Source of the DNA: a virus
Lineage: Duplodnaviria; Caudoviricetes
Virus record (IMG/VR): IMGVR_UViG_3300011437_000021
Span: 1-33,354 of that record
Strand: one strand, 5' to 3'
DNA: 33,354 nt
Under the pieces are notes generated by a model. That model was not told the origin of the DNA. It ran no database searches and saw nothing but the letters and a program-made list of their open reading frames with translations. Made by a program: the position numbers and the translations under genes. Positions 17,990-26,960 of this stretch are shown in pieces (the stretch's first letter is position 1; each line of letters starts with the position of its first letter).

Positions 17990-19375
17990 ATGGCACTCTC
18001 AGCGGCGACGGTTTGGGAGATCCGCACCGCAGGCGCGGCGACGAATGGCGGAGGGTTTGTCACGGGAGCGGCAGGGACGGACTATTCTCAGCAGGATGCC
18101 AAGAACACGGTAGGGAATAATATCTCTACTACTGATGCGGTCGCAGTAGGCACGGGTGTCATTACCTCTGCCACAGCGACATTCACGTCAGCCATAGTTG
18201 GAAACATCATCTATCTGCAAGGCGGAACGGGCGCACTCGCTGCTGGACGGTATCAAGTCACTGTCTTTACAAGCTCTACATCAATCACGGTAGACCGCAA
18301 CGTCGCAGCAGGCACCGGGATCACGATGAACATCGGAGGCGCGCATAGCGATCCGGCACTCGTGGCTGCGGTCGTTGTCGCGGCGAATAGGGTCTACATC
18401 AAGGCAGGCACGTATAGCATCACCAGCGCCACACCGAATGTGGCGGGTGGATGTGCCAGTATTGCTGTCACGCGAACAATATGGGAGGGGTATCAGACGA
18501 CCCGCGGTGATTTCGGCACGCCACCCACCTTACTCGCAAGCGGGATTAGCACAGCCAAAATAGTCGTCGTTCCGTCATCGAGTGGCAATGATACGTTGCT
18601 TGTGAATATCACCATAGACGGTGATGATCTTACCTCGATCCGTGGATTTGCTGCTGAGGGCGCGCCGAGAGTGTCATTGAGAGGATGCACGGCCATTGAT
18701 TGCACAAACAATGGGTTTGCTATAGCCGGAGCAACGTCAGCAATGGTGCTATGTCGAGCGACTGGATGCACGACGACGAGCGCAGCGATGCAAATCAGCG
18801 GCACCACAATGATCGGGTGTATTTCACACGACAATGAAGTCACGGGAATTGCGGTCACCTCGAACGGCACGCTAGTCCACTGCATCTCATACAACAATAC
18901 AGGTGGCAGTAGTTTTGGGTTCGACCTGTTTAACGCAAACGGGGTCACCATGACGAACTGTGTCGCGTATGGCAATGGCACTGATGGAGTCGGATCAACA
19001 AATGCGCTCACGAGTCCGCGATTTATCAATTGCATTGCCGAAGCCAATGGCGGAGTCGGATTTGACCTCACAGGAATGACCTCTCCATCGGTATTTAACA
19101 ACTGCGCCACATTCAATAATACGAGCGGGTCTATTACGGGGACACCGTCTTACAACATCGGATTTGTCACGGGAACAGCCTCGTTCTTTACGAATCCGGC
19201 GAGTGGTGATTTTAGCCTTAACACCACGGCAGGTGGAGGAGCCGCAGCGAGAGCCGCTGGCCTGCTTGGCGTGTTTCCTGGTGGTCTGACGACAGGCTAT
19301 CTCGACATCGGCGCGGCGCAACATGCCAATCCGGCGAGTTCTGGCGGGCAGAGTGTATCGATTTTTGGTGGGTGA
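17990..19375 (+). CDS. beta-helix tailspike-like protein
   Basis: Repeated ..NC.A..N...GF units; C-terminal F.NP..GDFSL...DIGA.Q motif. Confidence 0.7.
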   Translation: MALSAATVWEIRTAGAATNGGGFVTGAAGTDYSQQDAKNTVGNNISTTDAVAVGTGVITSATATFTSAIVGNIIYLQGGTGALAAGRYQVTVFTSSTSITVDRNVAAGTGITMNIGGAHSDPALVAAVVVAANRVYIKAGTYSITSATPNVAGGCASIAVTRTIWEGYQTTRGDFGTPPTLLASGISTAKIVVVPSSSGNDTLLVNITIDGDDLTSIRGFAAEGAPRVSLRGCTAIDCTNNGFAIAGATSAMVLCRATGCTTTSAAMQISGTTMIGCISHDNEVTGIAVTSNGTLVHCISYNNTGGSSFGFDLFNANGVTMTNCVAYGNGTDGVGSTNALTSPRFINCIAEANGGVGFDLTGMTSPSVFNNCATFNNTSGSITGTPSYNIGFVTGTASFFTNPASGDFSLNTTAGGGAAARAAGLLGVFPGGLTTGYLDIGAAQHANPASSGGQSVSIFGG

Positions 19376-19381
19376 TTCATC

Positions 19382-19933
19382 ATGACCTTCACTGCTATTG
19401 TTGCCAAAGATCCAAACGTTGCTTGGGCTGCAGGTCTGTTTGAGGGAGAAGGGTGCTTCTCTTTTGGCAGTGGAGATACCGGCAACAGAAGCCTGCGGGC
19501 AATGATTACCATGACCGACCTAGATGTTTTGGAGAAGTTTCAATCTGTAGTGGGTATGGGGACTATTCGGAAAAGAAAATTGAACCCCCCACATAAGCAA
19601 CAGTGGTCGTGGTATATCAATTCTTTTCTAGAATTTCAATCGTTGGCTGTTATGTTGTGGCCTTGGTTATGTTCACGACGTCGAGCCAAATTACAAGAAC
19701 TTTTCGACCGATACGATGCGTTAGAGCCTGTCTCTCTAAAGTTGCGTATTGATAGAACAGCAGATATTAAAGCTGCACTCATGGCTTTATCTGCTGTACC
19801 TTTGTGGGGTAGACGTTGGAAACCTGGTAAAACCCAAAACGACATTGCTAAGGAGTTTGGAGTATCTCCCGGCTGTGTTTCTTTGATCAAACGTACTCTA
19901 TTAGGGGGTGCCTTACGACGTTCTCAGCCATAG
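19382..19933 (+). CDS. LAGLIDADG homing endonuclease with C-terminal HTH
   Basis: VAWAAGLFEGEGCF, MTDLDVLEKF...G.GTI, TQNDIAKEFGVSPGCVSLIK; AT-rich. Confidence 0.82.
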   Translation: MTFTAIVAKDPNVAWAAGLFEGEGCFSFGSGDTGNRSLRAMITMTDLDVLEKFQSVVGMGTIRKRKLNPPHKQQWSWYINSFLEFQSLAVMLWPWLCSRRRAKLQELFDRYDALEPVSLKLRIDRTADIKAALMALSAVPLWGRRWKPGKTQNDIAKEFGVSPGCVSLIKRTLLGGALRRSQP

Positions 19934-20790
19934 TCGCCATCGTCGCTGACCGGCTCAACCTTACGTCGGTTGCTGCACTCACCCGCATCGGCACAGAAGT
20001 CAACGACCGCTACCGAGAGGTCATGTCGGGAGTCGGACTGCAAACGTCTATCCGCACGACGATTTCGCAAGCGGTGACAGTCGGCAACAACCAGGTCGTA
20101 TTCAGTTGCCAGAAGATCTTCACGATCTTCGACAACTACGGCCGCTCGGTTACGTCGATCACGCGCTCGGGGACGACGGCCACGGTGACGACGGCTACGG
20201 ATCATGGGTACGCGACGGGTGTCTCGGTAAAAGTCGCAGGGGCTGTTGAAACCGCATACAACGGTGTTTTCGTCATTACCGTGACTGGTGATACTACGTT
20301 TACGTACACCGTGTCAGGGTCTCCGTCCACACCAGCCACTGGCACCATCACCGTCGAGCTGCTGCAAACGCAGTGGATTCTCGGCGAGCGCACGATGGAC
20401 GAGCTGCGGATGATGACGATTCAGTCCGATCCGCCTCAGAACTGGGCGCCTGCGAACATGAACGCGGACACGGTAACAGCCCAACTCGACGTCATTCCGT
20501 CGTCAGCGTACATCCTCAACGCCGATGTCGAGATCAACATTACCAATCTGGCCGGCTCGAACGTGCCCGGCTTCGCACAGGATTTCCACGATATCCTGGT
20601 GCGTGGGGCCTTGGCCGACGAGCTGATGAAGATGGAGAAATACAGCGAAGCAGAGACTCAGGAGGGTAAGTTTGAGAAGCGCTTGTCCGAACTGCGCCTC
20701 TACATCGCGAAGTCAAACGGCCTCGATATCTTCCAGGGTCGTAACGCAGGTATCGGCCTGGCCAACGGCTTTCACGGGCTGGTGAGCTAA
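19915..20790 (+). CDS. head-tail adaptor with inserted E1-FCCH-like domain (probable ACG start; first ATG 20023)
   Basis: Frame open from 19852; (M)TFSAIVAIVADRLNL...EVNDRYREV is an adaptor-like N-terminal helix; P.F..DFHDILV.GA C-terminal motif. Confidence 0.7.
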   Translation, partial: TTFSAIVAIVADRLNLTSVAALTRIGTEVNDRYREVMSGVGLQTSIRTTISQAVTVGNNQVVFSCQKIFTIFDNYGRSVTSITRSGTTATVTTATDHGYATGVSVKVAGAVETAYNGVFVITVTGDTTFTYTVSGSPSTPATGTITVELLQTQWILGERTMDELRMMTIQSDPPQNWAPANMNADTVTAQLDVIPSSAYILNADVEINITNLAGSNVPGFAQDFHDILVRGALADELMKMEKYSEAETQEGKFEKRLSELRLYIAKSNGLDIFQGRNAGIGLANGFHGLVS

Positions 20791-22682
20791 TGCCGCAGGA
20801 TCTGATCATCGCATCGTGGAAGGGTGGCCAGAACGACACGGATTCCCCGACCGAACTGAGAGATGACGAGGTCGCTCTCGCTGAGAATGTCGAGTTTTTC
20901 AGTGCAGCCCTCGGCGAGCGTCGGCTTGGCTGCGGGCCGCTGACTATCACTGGCTCGAACCTGGACGACGAAGATCTGATGGTCTACTTGACGCAGTGGG
21001 CCTTCGACAACGACATCCTCGATCAGCAGATCTTTGCTGTCTCGGCGACTCCGACGGTCTCAGCGACGGTCGCAGTTCGCACGAACGGCGTCTGGGACGA
21101 GATCGATGGTATCAACTTGACTGATGCGTTGAATACATCAGTGCCGGCTATCTACCAGATTGACACCGAAGCGCTCAATTCGAAGCTGTTCGTCGCGTAT
21201 CGCAGTGCCGTTGACCGGCTTCATGTATGGGACGGCACTAACCTGCGGCGTACGGGACTTGCAGAGCCCAATCCGCCGACAGTCGCAGATACGGCTGTTG
21301 CTGGTACTTATGCAGGCACGCGCTACTTCCGAGTCAGCGTAGCACGACTCAGCGGCACGACGATTATCAGTCGGAGTGAGCCCTCGACCACAGTGACGTT
21401 CGTCCCGGCGGGTGTGTTCACAGGTGCTGTCATCACGCAGCCGGTCGTGCTCCCGGGCGAGGGCGAGACGCACTGGATTATTGAAGCCAGTACAGATGGC
21501 TCGATCTTCTACGACATCGAGACCCTGCTGATTGCAACGACCACCTACACAGACACGACCGTCTTCGCCACCGGCTACGAGGACCAGGGCCCCGAGTCTC
21601 CGCAGATCGGCGACTTTGATTTGATCCCGTCGTTCAAGTTCCTCGCAGTTGATGGTGATCGTCTGGTGATGGGCGGCCACTTCACCGATGCCAGTCTGAT
21701 GTCGACGATTGCCTGGACACCGGTCGCAAACGACCCGGGCGGCGCGAACGACGAGCGGCTGCCTCTCGATATCGACAATACGAAGAATTTGGACAACACC
21801 GCGGGTGGCCCGCTGACTGGCCTCGCATCGTCCGACTTCGGCACGTGGTACGCCTTCAAATTCCAGGCCATCTATCGCATGATGCGAACGGGCGACGTCA
21901 CTGACGCGTATGACGTCATCTGCATGTCGAAGATTCGTGGCGCGGTCGAAGGCTCGATCTTCCCCGGCTACACTGAGGACGGGTCGTCCTGCATCTACTT
22001 CCTCGATCCGCTGATGGGGCCATCCCGAGTAGGCTCGTTCGGCATCCAGGCCATTGTCGGCCTACGCGGCACATGGGCACGCGTGAACCTGCAGGCATCG
22101 GCCCGGGTCGCGTGCGGTTGTTTCTACCCGTATAAGCAGCAGGCGCACTGGTGGGTCGCGGTCGACGGTAACGATCGGCCCAACTTCAAGATCGTGAGCC
22201 AGGTCTCGGAGCTGCGCCCGATGGGCGGCGATTCCGTAGGCCGAGGCTGGTCGACCTGGACGGGGACGATTACCGAAGCGGCCACGGTCGCGATCATCAC
22301 CGAAGTGGTCAGCATCGACGGCGTCTCCTCGATCAGCCAGCGACCGTTCGTCGGGCTGACGGAGCCGAACTTCATCCAGCGCTGTGATACTGAGGATGAG
22401 GATGCCGGCGACCCCTATGTCGCGACGATCCTGTCGCGGTCGTACGTGCTCGCAGGCCAGCTGAACCAGTTCGGGGCCATGGTCGCCTCGATCCTGGGCC
22501 AGGCGAACACCCTGTACCCCATCGATATCGCGTTTATCAGGGATTTCGGTAAGGAAACCAACGAAGTCGAGGACGTGACGTTCACACCTGTTGGCTCCGA
22601 AACCGAGGTCTTCCAGCTGCTCGACAGCTTACGCATGTCAGAGGCACGGGCCATTCAGATTCGAATCAGGGACGCGAGCTAG
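20790..22682 (+). CDS. tail nozzle / DNA stabilization protein (P22 gp10-like)
   Basis: GGQNDTDSPTEL......AENVEF N-terminus, beta-propeller-like composition, follows adaptor. Confidence 0.72.
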   Translation: MPQDLIIASWKGGQNDTDSPTELRDDEVALAENVEFFSAALGERRLGCGPLTITGSNLDDEDLMVYLTQWAFDNDILDQQIFAVSATPTVSATVAVRTNGVWDEIDGINLTDALNTSVPAIYQIDTEALNSKLFVAYRSAVDRLHVWDGTNLRRTGLAEPNPPTVADTAVAGTYAGTRYFRVSVARLSGTTIISRSEPSTTVTFVPAGVFTGAVITQPVVLPGEGETHWIIEASTDGSIFYDIETLLIATTTYTDTTVFATGYEDQGPESPQIGDFDLIPSFKFLAVDGDRLVMGGHFTDASLMSTIAWTPVANDPGGANDERLPLDIDNTKNLDNTAGGPLTGLASSDFGTWYAFKFQAIYRMMRTGDVTDAYDVICMSKIRGAVEGSIFPGYTEDGSSCIYFLDPLMGPSRVGSFGIQAIVGLRGTWARVNLQASARVACGCFYPYKQQAHWWVAVDGNDRPNFKIVSQVSELRPMGGDSVGRGWSTWTGTITEAATVAIITEVVSIDGVSSISQRPFVGLTEPNFIQRCDTEDEDAGDPYVATILSRSYVLAGQLNQFGAMVASILGQANTLYPIDIAFIRDFGKETNEVEDVTFTPVGSETEVFQLLDSLRMSEARAIQIRIRDAS

Positions 22683-22706
22683 GGTATACTGTAGAAGGAG
22701 TTTTCT

Positions 22707-23147
22707 ATGTCTCTAAATGGGTCTGTTCACGGCAGCGGCCAGCGCATCGTTTTTCTGGATGCAGTGGCTATTACGACAGCGCTTACTGCTGTGACGACGA
22801 CACCTGTGCAGTTTCTGACAGGGCTGAACTATCTCAGCGTACAGGTGAATTTCGTGTACGGCTCGGGTGGCACCACGGCCAAGATCTGGGTACAGACCTC
22901 GCATGATGGCGGCGCGACCTGGAGCGACATCATGTCCTTTGCTTTCCTTGTCGCTTCACTGCGGAAGGTCTCGTCGGTGTGTACGTTCATTGCGCCGACG
23001 GCGCAGGCGTTCGTACAAACGGACGGCACACTGGCCGACGATACCGTTATTCAAGGTACCCTGGGCAGCATTTTTCGACTGAAATACACAACGACTGGTA
23101 CATACGCGGGTACAACTGTGTCAGTCGATGGCATTGCAAAGGGGTAG
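22707..23147 (+). CDS. putative small virion protein
   Basis: AAGGAG RBS; VQTS.DGGATW.DI and FRLKY motifs. Confidence 0.7.
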   Translation: MSLNGSVHGSGQRIVFLDAVAITTALTAVTTTPVQFLTGLNYLSVQVNFVYGSGGTTAKIWVQTSHDGGATWSDIMSFAFLVASLRKVSSVCTFIAPTAQAFVQTDGTLADDTVIQGTLGSIFRLKYTTTGTYAGTTVSVDGIAKG

Positions 23148-23150
23148 ACT

Positions 23151-23423
23151 GTGATTACATCAAGTACAATTTTGGTCGAGACTACTCCAACACTGCTGGT
23201 AAAAGGTGAAGGCACAGGGCCGAACAAAACAAAAGTGATTGTTCGCTACCGGAGCGGAAGTATTATCACACTGGGGCCTGAAGATGTGGTTGCAGGAGAC
23301 GGCCTAGCTATCACTGCCACAATCGATTTCTACCCATTTGAACTTGGCGAGGGTAACAATTTATATGGGGTTGTTGCTGTCGGTACTGCTAGGATTCAAG
23401 TGCTTGCCATGACAGAAGTCTAG
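23151..23423 (+). CDS. hypothetical protein
   Basis: GTG start after AGGGGT; beta-rich 90 aa. Confidence 0.6.
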   Translation: MITSSTILVETTPTLLVKGEGTGPNKTKVIVRYRSGSIITLGPEDVVAGDGLAITATIDFYPFELGEGNNLYGVVAVGTARIQVLAMTEV

Positions 23424-23426
23424 GCC

Positions 23427-23525
23427 ATGGCTGCTGTCGTCATCAACGTCCCAATAGGCTGGCGGATCTTCCTCTTCGCGTTCAAAGCGACGAAGCAGGG
23501 GCCCGCGCGAGGATCGACATCATGA
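23427..23525 (+). CDS. 32-aa peptide paralogous to the C-terminus of ORF 24029-25432
   Basis: MAAVVINVPIGWRIFLFAFKATKQGPARGSTS; ATGA overlap with the next gene. Confidence 0.45.
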   Translation: MAAVVINVPIGWRIFLFAFKATKQGPARGSTS

Positions 23526-24013
23526 ACATGGGTGTGACTCTCAAGTCGTTCTATGAAGTCGACTGCTATCGCGATGGCATCCTGATATGGTCGGACGCCT
23601 TCTACAATCTCGTCACGACGGCTGGTAAGAATGCCCTGCTCGACATGACGTTCTTCTCGGGGGTGGTGACACCACTCTGGTACGTGGGTGTAGTGGCCAA
23701 TGCCGGCTTCACGCAGTATACAGCGACTGACACCATGTCGTCGCACACTGGCTGGACCGAATCAACCACGTACAGCAACGCGACTCGGCCGGCATATACG
23801 GTTGTTGCGGCATCGGCCGGCTCAATGTCGAACGATGCTTCGCGCGCCCTCTTCAACATCAACGGCACGACGACGATTCGCGGGGCCTTCCTCGTCAACA
23901 ACTCGACGAAGGGCGGCTCTACTGGCACACTGTACGGCGAGGGCGACTTCGCGAATGCTCGCAACGTCGTCTCGGGAGACATCCTCAGCATCAAGATCAC
24001 ACTGACGGATTAA
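23522..24013 (+). CDS. phage tail-associated protein
   Basis: NLVTTAGKN.LLD...DTMSSHTGWTE...GAFL...GTLY...F...R.V.SGD.L motif common in phage tail proteins. Confidence 0.72.
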   Translation: MNMGVTLKSFYEVDCYRDGILIWSDAFYNLVTTAGKNALLDMTFFSGVVTPLWYVGVVANAGFTQYTATDTMSSHTGWTESTTYSNATRPAYTVVAASAGSMSNDASRALFNINGTTTIRGAFLVNNSTKGGSTGTLYGEGDFANARNVVSGDILSIKITLTD

Positions 24014-24028
24014 CATGCTGGGGACACC

Positions 24029-25432
24029 ATGGCGCAGATTCAGCAAACCATTATCCCCTTCGAGCTACGCCATTTCGTCCCCACGACCGGCGTCCATATC
24101 GGCTATCTACACTTCCCCAACGGCTACCACACCACCGATATCACCACTGACTCGAAGCGAAGCGGCACGTACGGCTTCAAGGGCCTGTCATCGGGAAACC
24201 TCAGCGCCAACGTCAGGCTGCTGCTCGCGAACACCGGTCTTCCGGCCGCCCTCTGGGAGATGCGGGCGCGATTCTTTTTCCGCATCGAGACCTATCCGTC
24301 GGCCGACAACGTCGTGGTCGCACGTGTTGGCTCGGGTAGCATTGCCTTCGAATTCCAACTGCAAATGAACACGACGGGGCAGCTGCGCGCCGTCCCTTCG
24401 TTCTGCGGCAATACGACAACGGCCTACGAGGGTTCGTTTTCCCTGAATACCTGGTACCAGGTGAAGATGCGCTTCTACGGCGAGGGCACGGGCGGCCAGG
24501 TGGGCGCCGGCAAGTCATCGTCGCACGACGTCAACGTCTACAGCGAAGACGGCCAGACCCTTCTCGCGTCGTTCGCCGAGTCGACGCCAAACGGCAACAA
24601 CATGCCGACCGTGTGGCCGGCGTTCTTCTATTTCGGCCAGGACAGCGCCGCTGGCGGTCCCGCGACCGCACGAGAGATCTGGTACGACGACGGCTGGTTC
24701 CACATGGCCACCAGCACCGATACCGCGACGATGGAGTGGCCGAAGGGGACGAAAGTCGAAGGCTACCCGCCGACCGCAAACGGGACGACCAATCAATTCT
24801 CGCGTGGCGGGGTGGACACGGGCGCCAACTGGTCCCAGGTCAGTGATATCCCGCTCGCGACAGGTGGCGCGGCACAGAACGTCAACTCGGCGACGGCTAC
24901 GCATGTCGATATGTACCAGCATGCGAACTTGGCCGATGCTGACGACGTGGTCTACCACATCCAGACACTCAGCTGGCTCTTCGATACGACGTCGCCGCAG
25001 GAGCTGATCATCGACGCGACGTCGTACAGCGTGACGACGAACGACGCCACGGCGCGCTACGCCATCGCCCATCAGATCTTCTCGAATGCGACCCCGATGG
25101 AGTCCGCGACGTTCAACGCGCTGCAGTTCGGCATTCGAAAGCTGACGGCTGGCGGTACCACGTTGACCAGTCAGCAACAGTTCCTCGAAGTGCTAACGGG
25201 GCCGCCTCTTATCATCGAGGAGGATCTGCCCGACCCGGGCGACCCCAGTGCGTGGTCGGTGACGGCCGCGTACAGCGCCGTAGGCGATTTCGTTCGCGAG
25301 TCGGACCTGACGATTGCCCTGACGGGCCCGCTTGGCTTCCGTCTCGGCAACCAGGGTGTCGAGATCAACGTCCCCTCGCCGTGGCAGATCGAGCGCATCG
25401 ACGTCGGCTATCGCGATGAGGAGACCTCATGA
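24029..25432 (+). CDS. putative receptor-binding/tail protein (lectin-like beta-sandwich)
   Basis: 467 aa; LNTWYQV and IWYDD patterns; position among tail genes. Confidence 0.6.
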   Translation: MAQIQQTIIPFELRHFVPTTGVHIGYLHFPNGYHTTDITTDSKRSGTYGFKGLSSGNLSANVRLLLANTGLPAALWEMRARFFFRIETYPSADNVVVARVGSGSIAFEFQLQMNTTGQLRAVPSFCGNTTTAYEGSFSLNTWYQVKMRFYGEGTGGQVGAGKSSSHDVNVYSEDGQTLLASFAESTPNGNNMPTVWPAFFYFGQDSAAGGPATAREIWYDDGWFHMATSTDTATMEWPKGTKVEGYPPTANGTTNQFSRGGVDTGANWSQVSDIPLATGGAAQNVNSATATHVDMYQHANLADADDVVYHIQTLSWLFDTTSPQELIIDATSYSVTTNDATARYAIAHQIFSNATPMESATFNALQFGIRKLTAGGTTLTSQQQFLEVLTGPPLIIEEDLPDPGDPSAWSVTAAYSAVGDFVRESDLTIALTGPLGFRLGNQGVEINVPSPWQIERIDVGYRDEETS

Positions 25433-26553
25433 TTACGCTGCTGAAGATTCTTCCGGAGAAGTGGGAACAGGCGAAGGGGTATCTCCGTCTCGACCTGGAA
25501 GCCATCGAAGCGGCGATGAACCAGCGCTGGTCGGCGACGTTCGGCGCGTCGAATCTACTCAACCCGGACACGATCCAGGGCTGGGTGGCTACCCAGACCC
25601 GCTACATCTCGAACGAAGCGACCAGTCCCGCAGCTGGCTGGCCCATGTGGGCGCAGGTCAATCTGGCCAACGGCGTCAAGAATCGACTGCCCTTCTCGAA
25701 CTTCGTGTCGGCGACGGCAGGCTCGAAGCTGGTCGGGCGTGGTGCCGGCGCGGCGGGCGACTTCGAAGAGATCTCGCTCGGTGCCGGGCTCGTGATGGCG
25801 GCTACAACACTGTCGGTCGACGTTGGCAGCTTGGCGGGACGAATTCCGATCCCGGACGAGCCCTACCCTGACGACCCGTGGCCACTGTTTCCTCCATCGT
25901 CGCAGTCGTTGACACTGCCCTTGGTCGTGGCCGAGGGCGGCTCGGGACGTGCGACCGCGACAGCGTATGCGGTGATCTGCGGGGGTACGACAGCCACGGC
26001 GCCGCACCAGTCCATCGCTGACGTCGGCACAAGCGGGCAGGTCCTGACGAGCAATGGGGCAGGGGCGCTCCCGACATTTCAGAATGCGTCGGGCGGCGGC
26101 GGCTGGACACTGATCGAAGCCCGTGCGGCGAGCGGCACGGAAGAAGATTTCGTCGGCCTGACGTACGACGAGATTCTCATCATCGTGCGTGCTGTGACGT
26201 CGGCGTCGAATACGATTCTTCAGGTGCGGGTCAGCACAGATAATGGCTCGACCTTTCTGTCCAGTTCTGGCGACTACATCGCAATCGCGTTCGACGACCC
26301 GGTCGGCGGAAACAAAACCGAGATGCCGATGCACAATGCAGCAACCACGTCAGGGAAGAACGGCATGTTCTCACTGACGATGCTGCAGCAGGCGTCTCCC
26401 AAGATGGCATGGGCGCAGCAGTACGTCGGGGCTGGTGCGGCCGCGCAGGGCGTGTGGATACTGCCCGGCACTACGGTCATCGATGCGATTCGCGTCCTGT
26501 CGTCGACGGGTGCATCCCTAAACGGCGGCACCATTTACGTGTTCGGCCGATGA
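25429..26553 (+). CDS. tail fibre-like protein
   Basis: GRGAGAAGDFEEISLG, V..GGSG, GTSGQVLTSNGAGALPTF fibre repeats; C-terminal IDAIR...G.IYVFG. Confidence 0.72.
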   Translation: MITLLKILPEKWEQAKGYLRLDLEAIEAAMNQRWSATFGASNLLNPDTIQGWVATQTRYISNEATSPAAGWPMWAQVNLANGVKNRLPFSNFVSATAGSKLVGRGAGAAGDFEEISLGAGLVMAATTLSVDVGSLAGRIPIPDEPYPDDPWPLFPPSSQSLTLPLVVAEGGSGRATATAYAVICGGTTATAPHQSIADVGTSGQVLTSNGAGALPTFQNASGGGGWTLIEARAASGTEEDFVGLTYDEILIIVRAVTSASNTILQVRVSTDNGSTFLSSSGDYIAIAFDDPVGGNKTEMPMHNAATTSGKNGMFSLTMLQQASPKMAWAQQYVGAGAAAQGVWILPGTTVIDAIRVLSSTGASLNGGTIYVFGR

Positions 26554-26624
26554 TAAATGCAAAATTCGTACCATCGGTGTACAATGACTGGGAGACCAAT
26601 TCCTCCTTTTCTGGAGTCCTGTAG

Positions 26625-26960
26625 ATGCTTGGCACCCTCAAATCGATTGCCGGTCCTGCCTATCTGTCGAACTCGGCGGCGAATATCTACACGCCCCCGG
26701 CGTCTACGATCTATACGGTCATCCGGCACATTCACATCGCGAACGTGACGGCGGGTGCCGTGACCTTCTCGCTGTACATCGGGGCGACAGGCGCCTCGGC
26801 CGGCGGGACCCAGCTCTTTGGTGGTCGGTCGATTCCGGCAAACAGCGAATTCGACTACTACTGCGTACGAAAAATGCTCTCGACGGATTTCCTTGTCGGT
26901 ATTGCCTCGGCGGCGACCTCTCTGGTCATCGACGTCGAGGGTGAACAGGTGGTCGTATGA
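26625..26960 (+). CDS. small virion protein
   Basis: GGAG RBS; IYT.P.....VIRHIHIAN motif. Confidence 0.7.
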   Translation: MLGTLKSIAGPAYLSNSAANIYTPPASTIYTVIRHIHIANVTAGAVTFSLYIGATGASAGGTQLFGGRSIPANSEFDYYCVRKMLSTDFLVGIASAATSLVIDVEGEQVVV

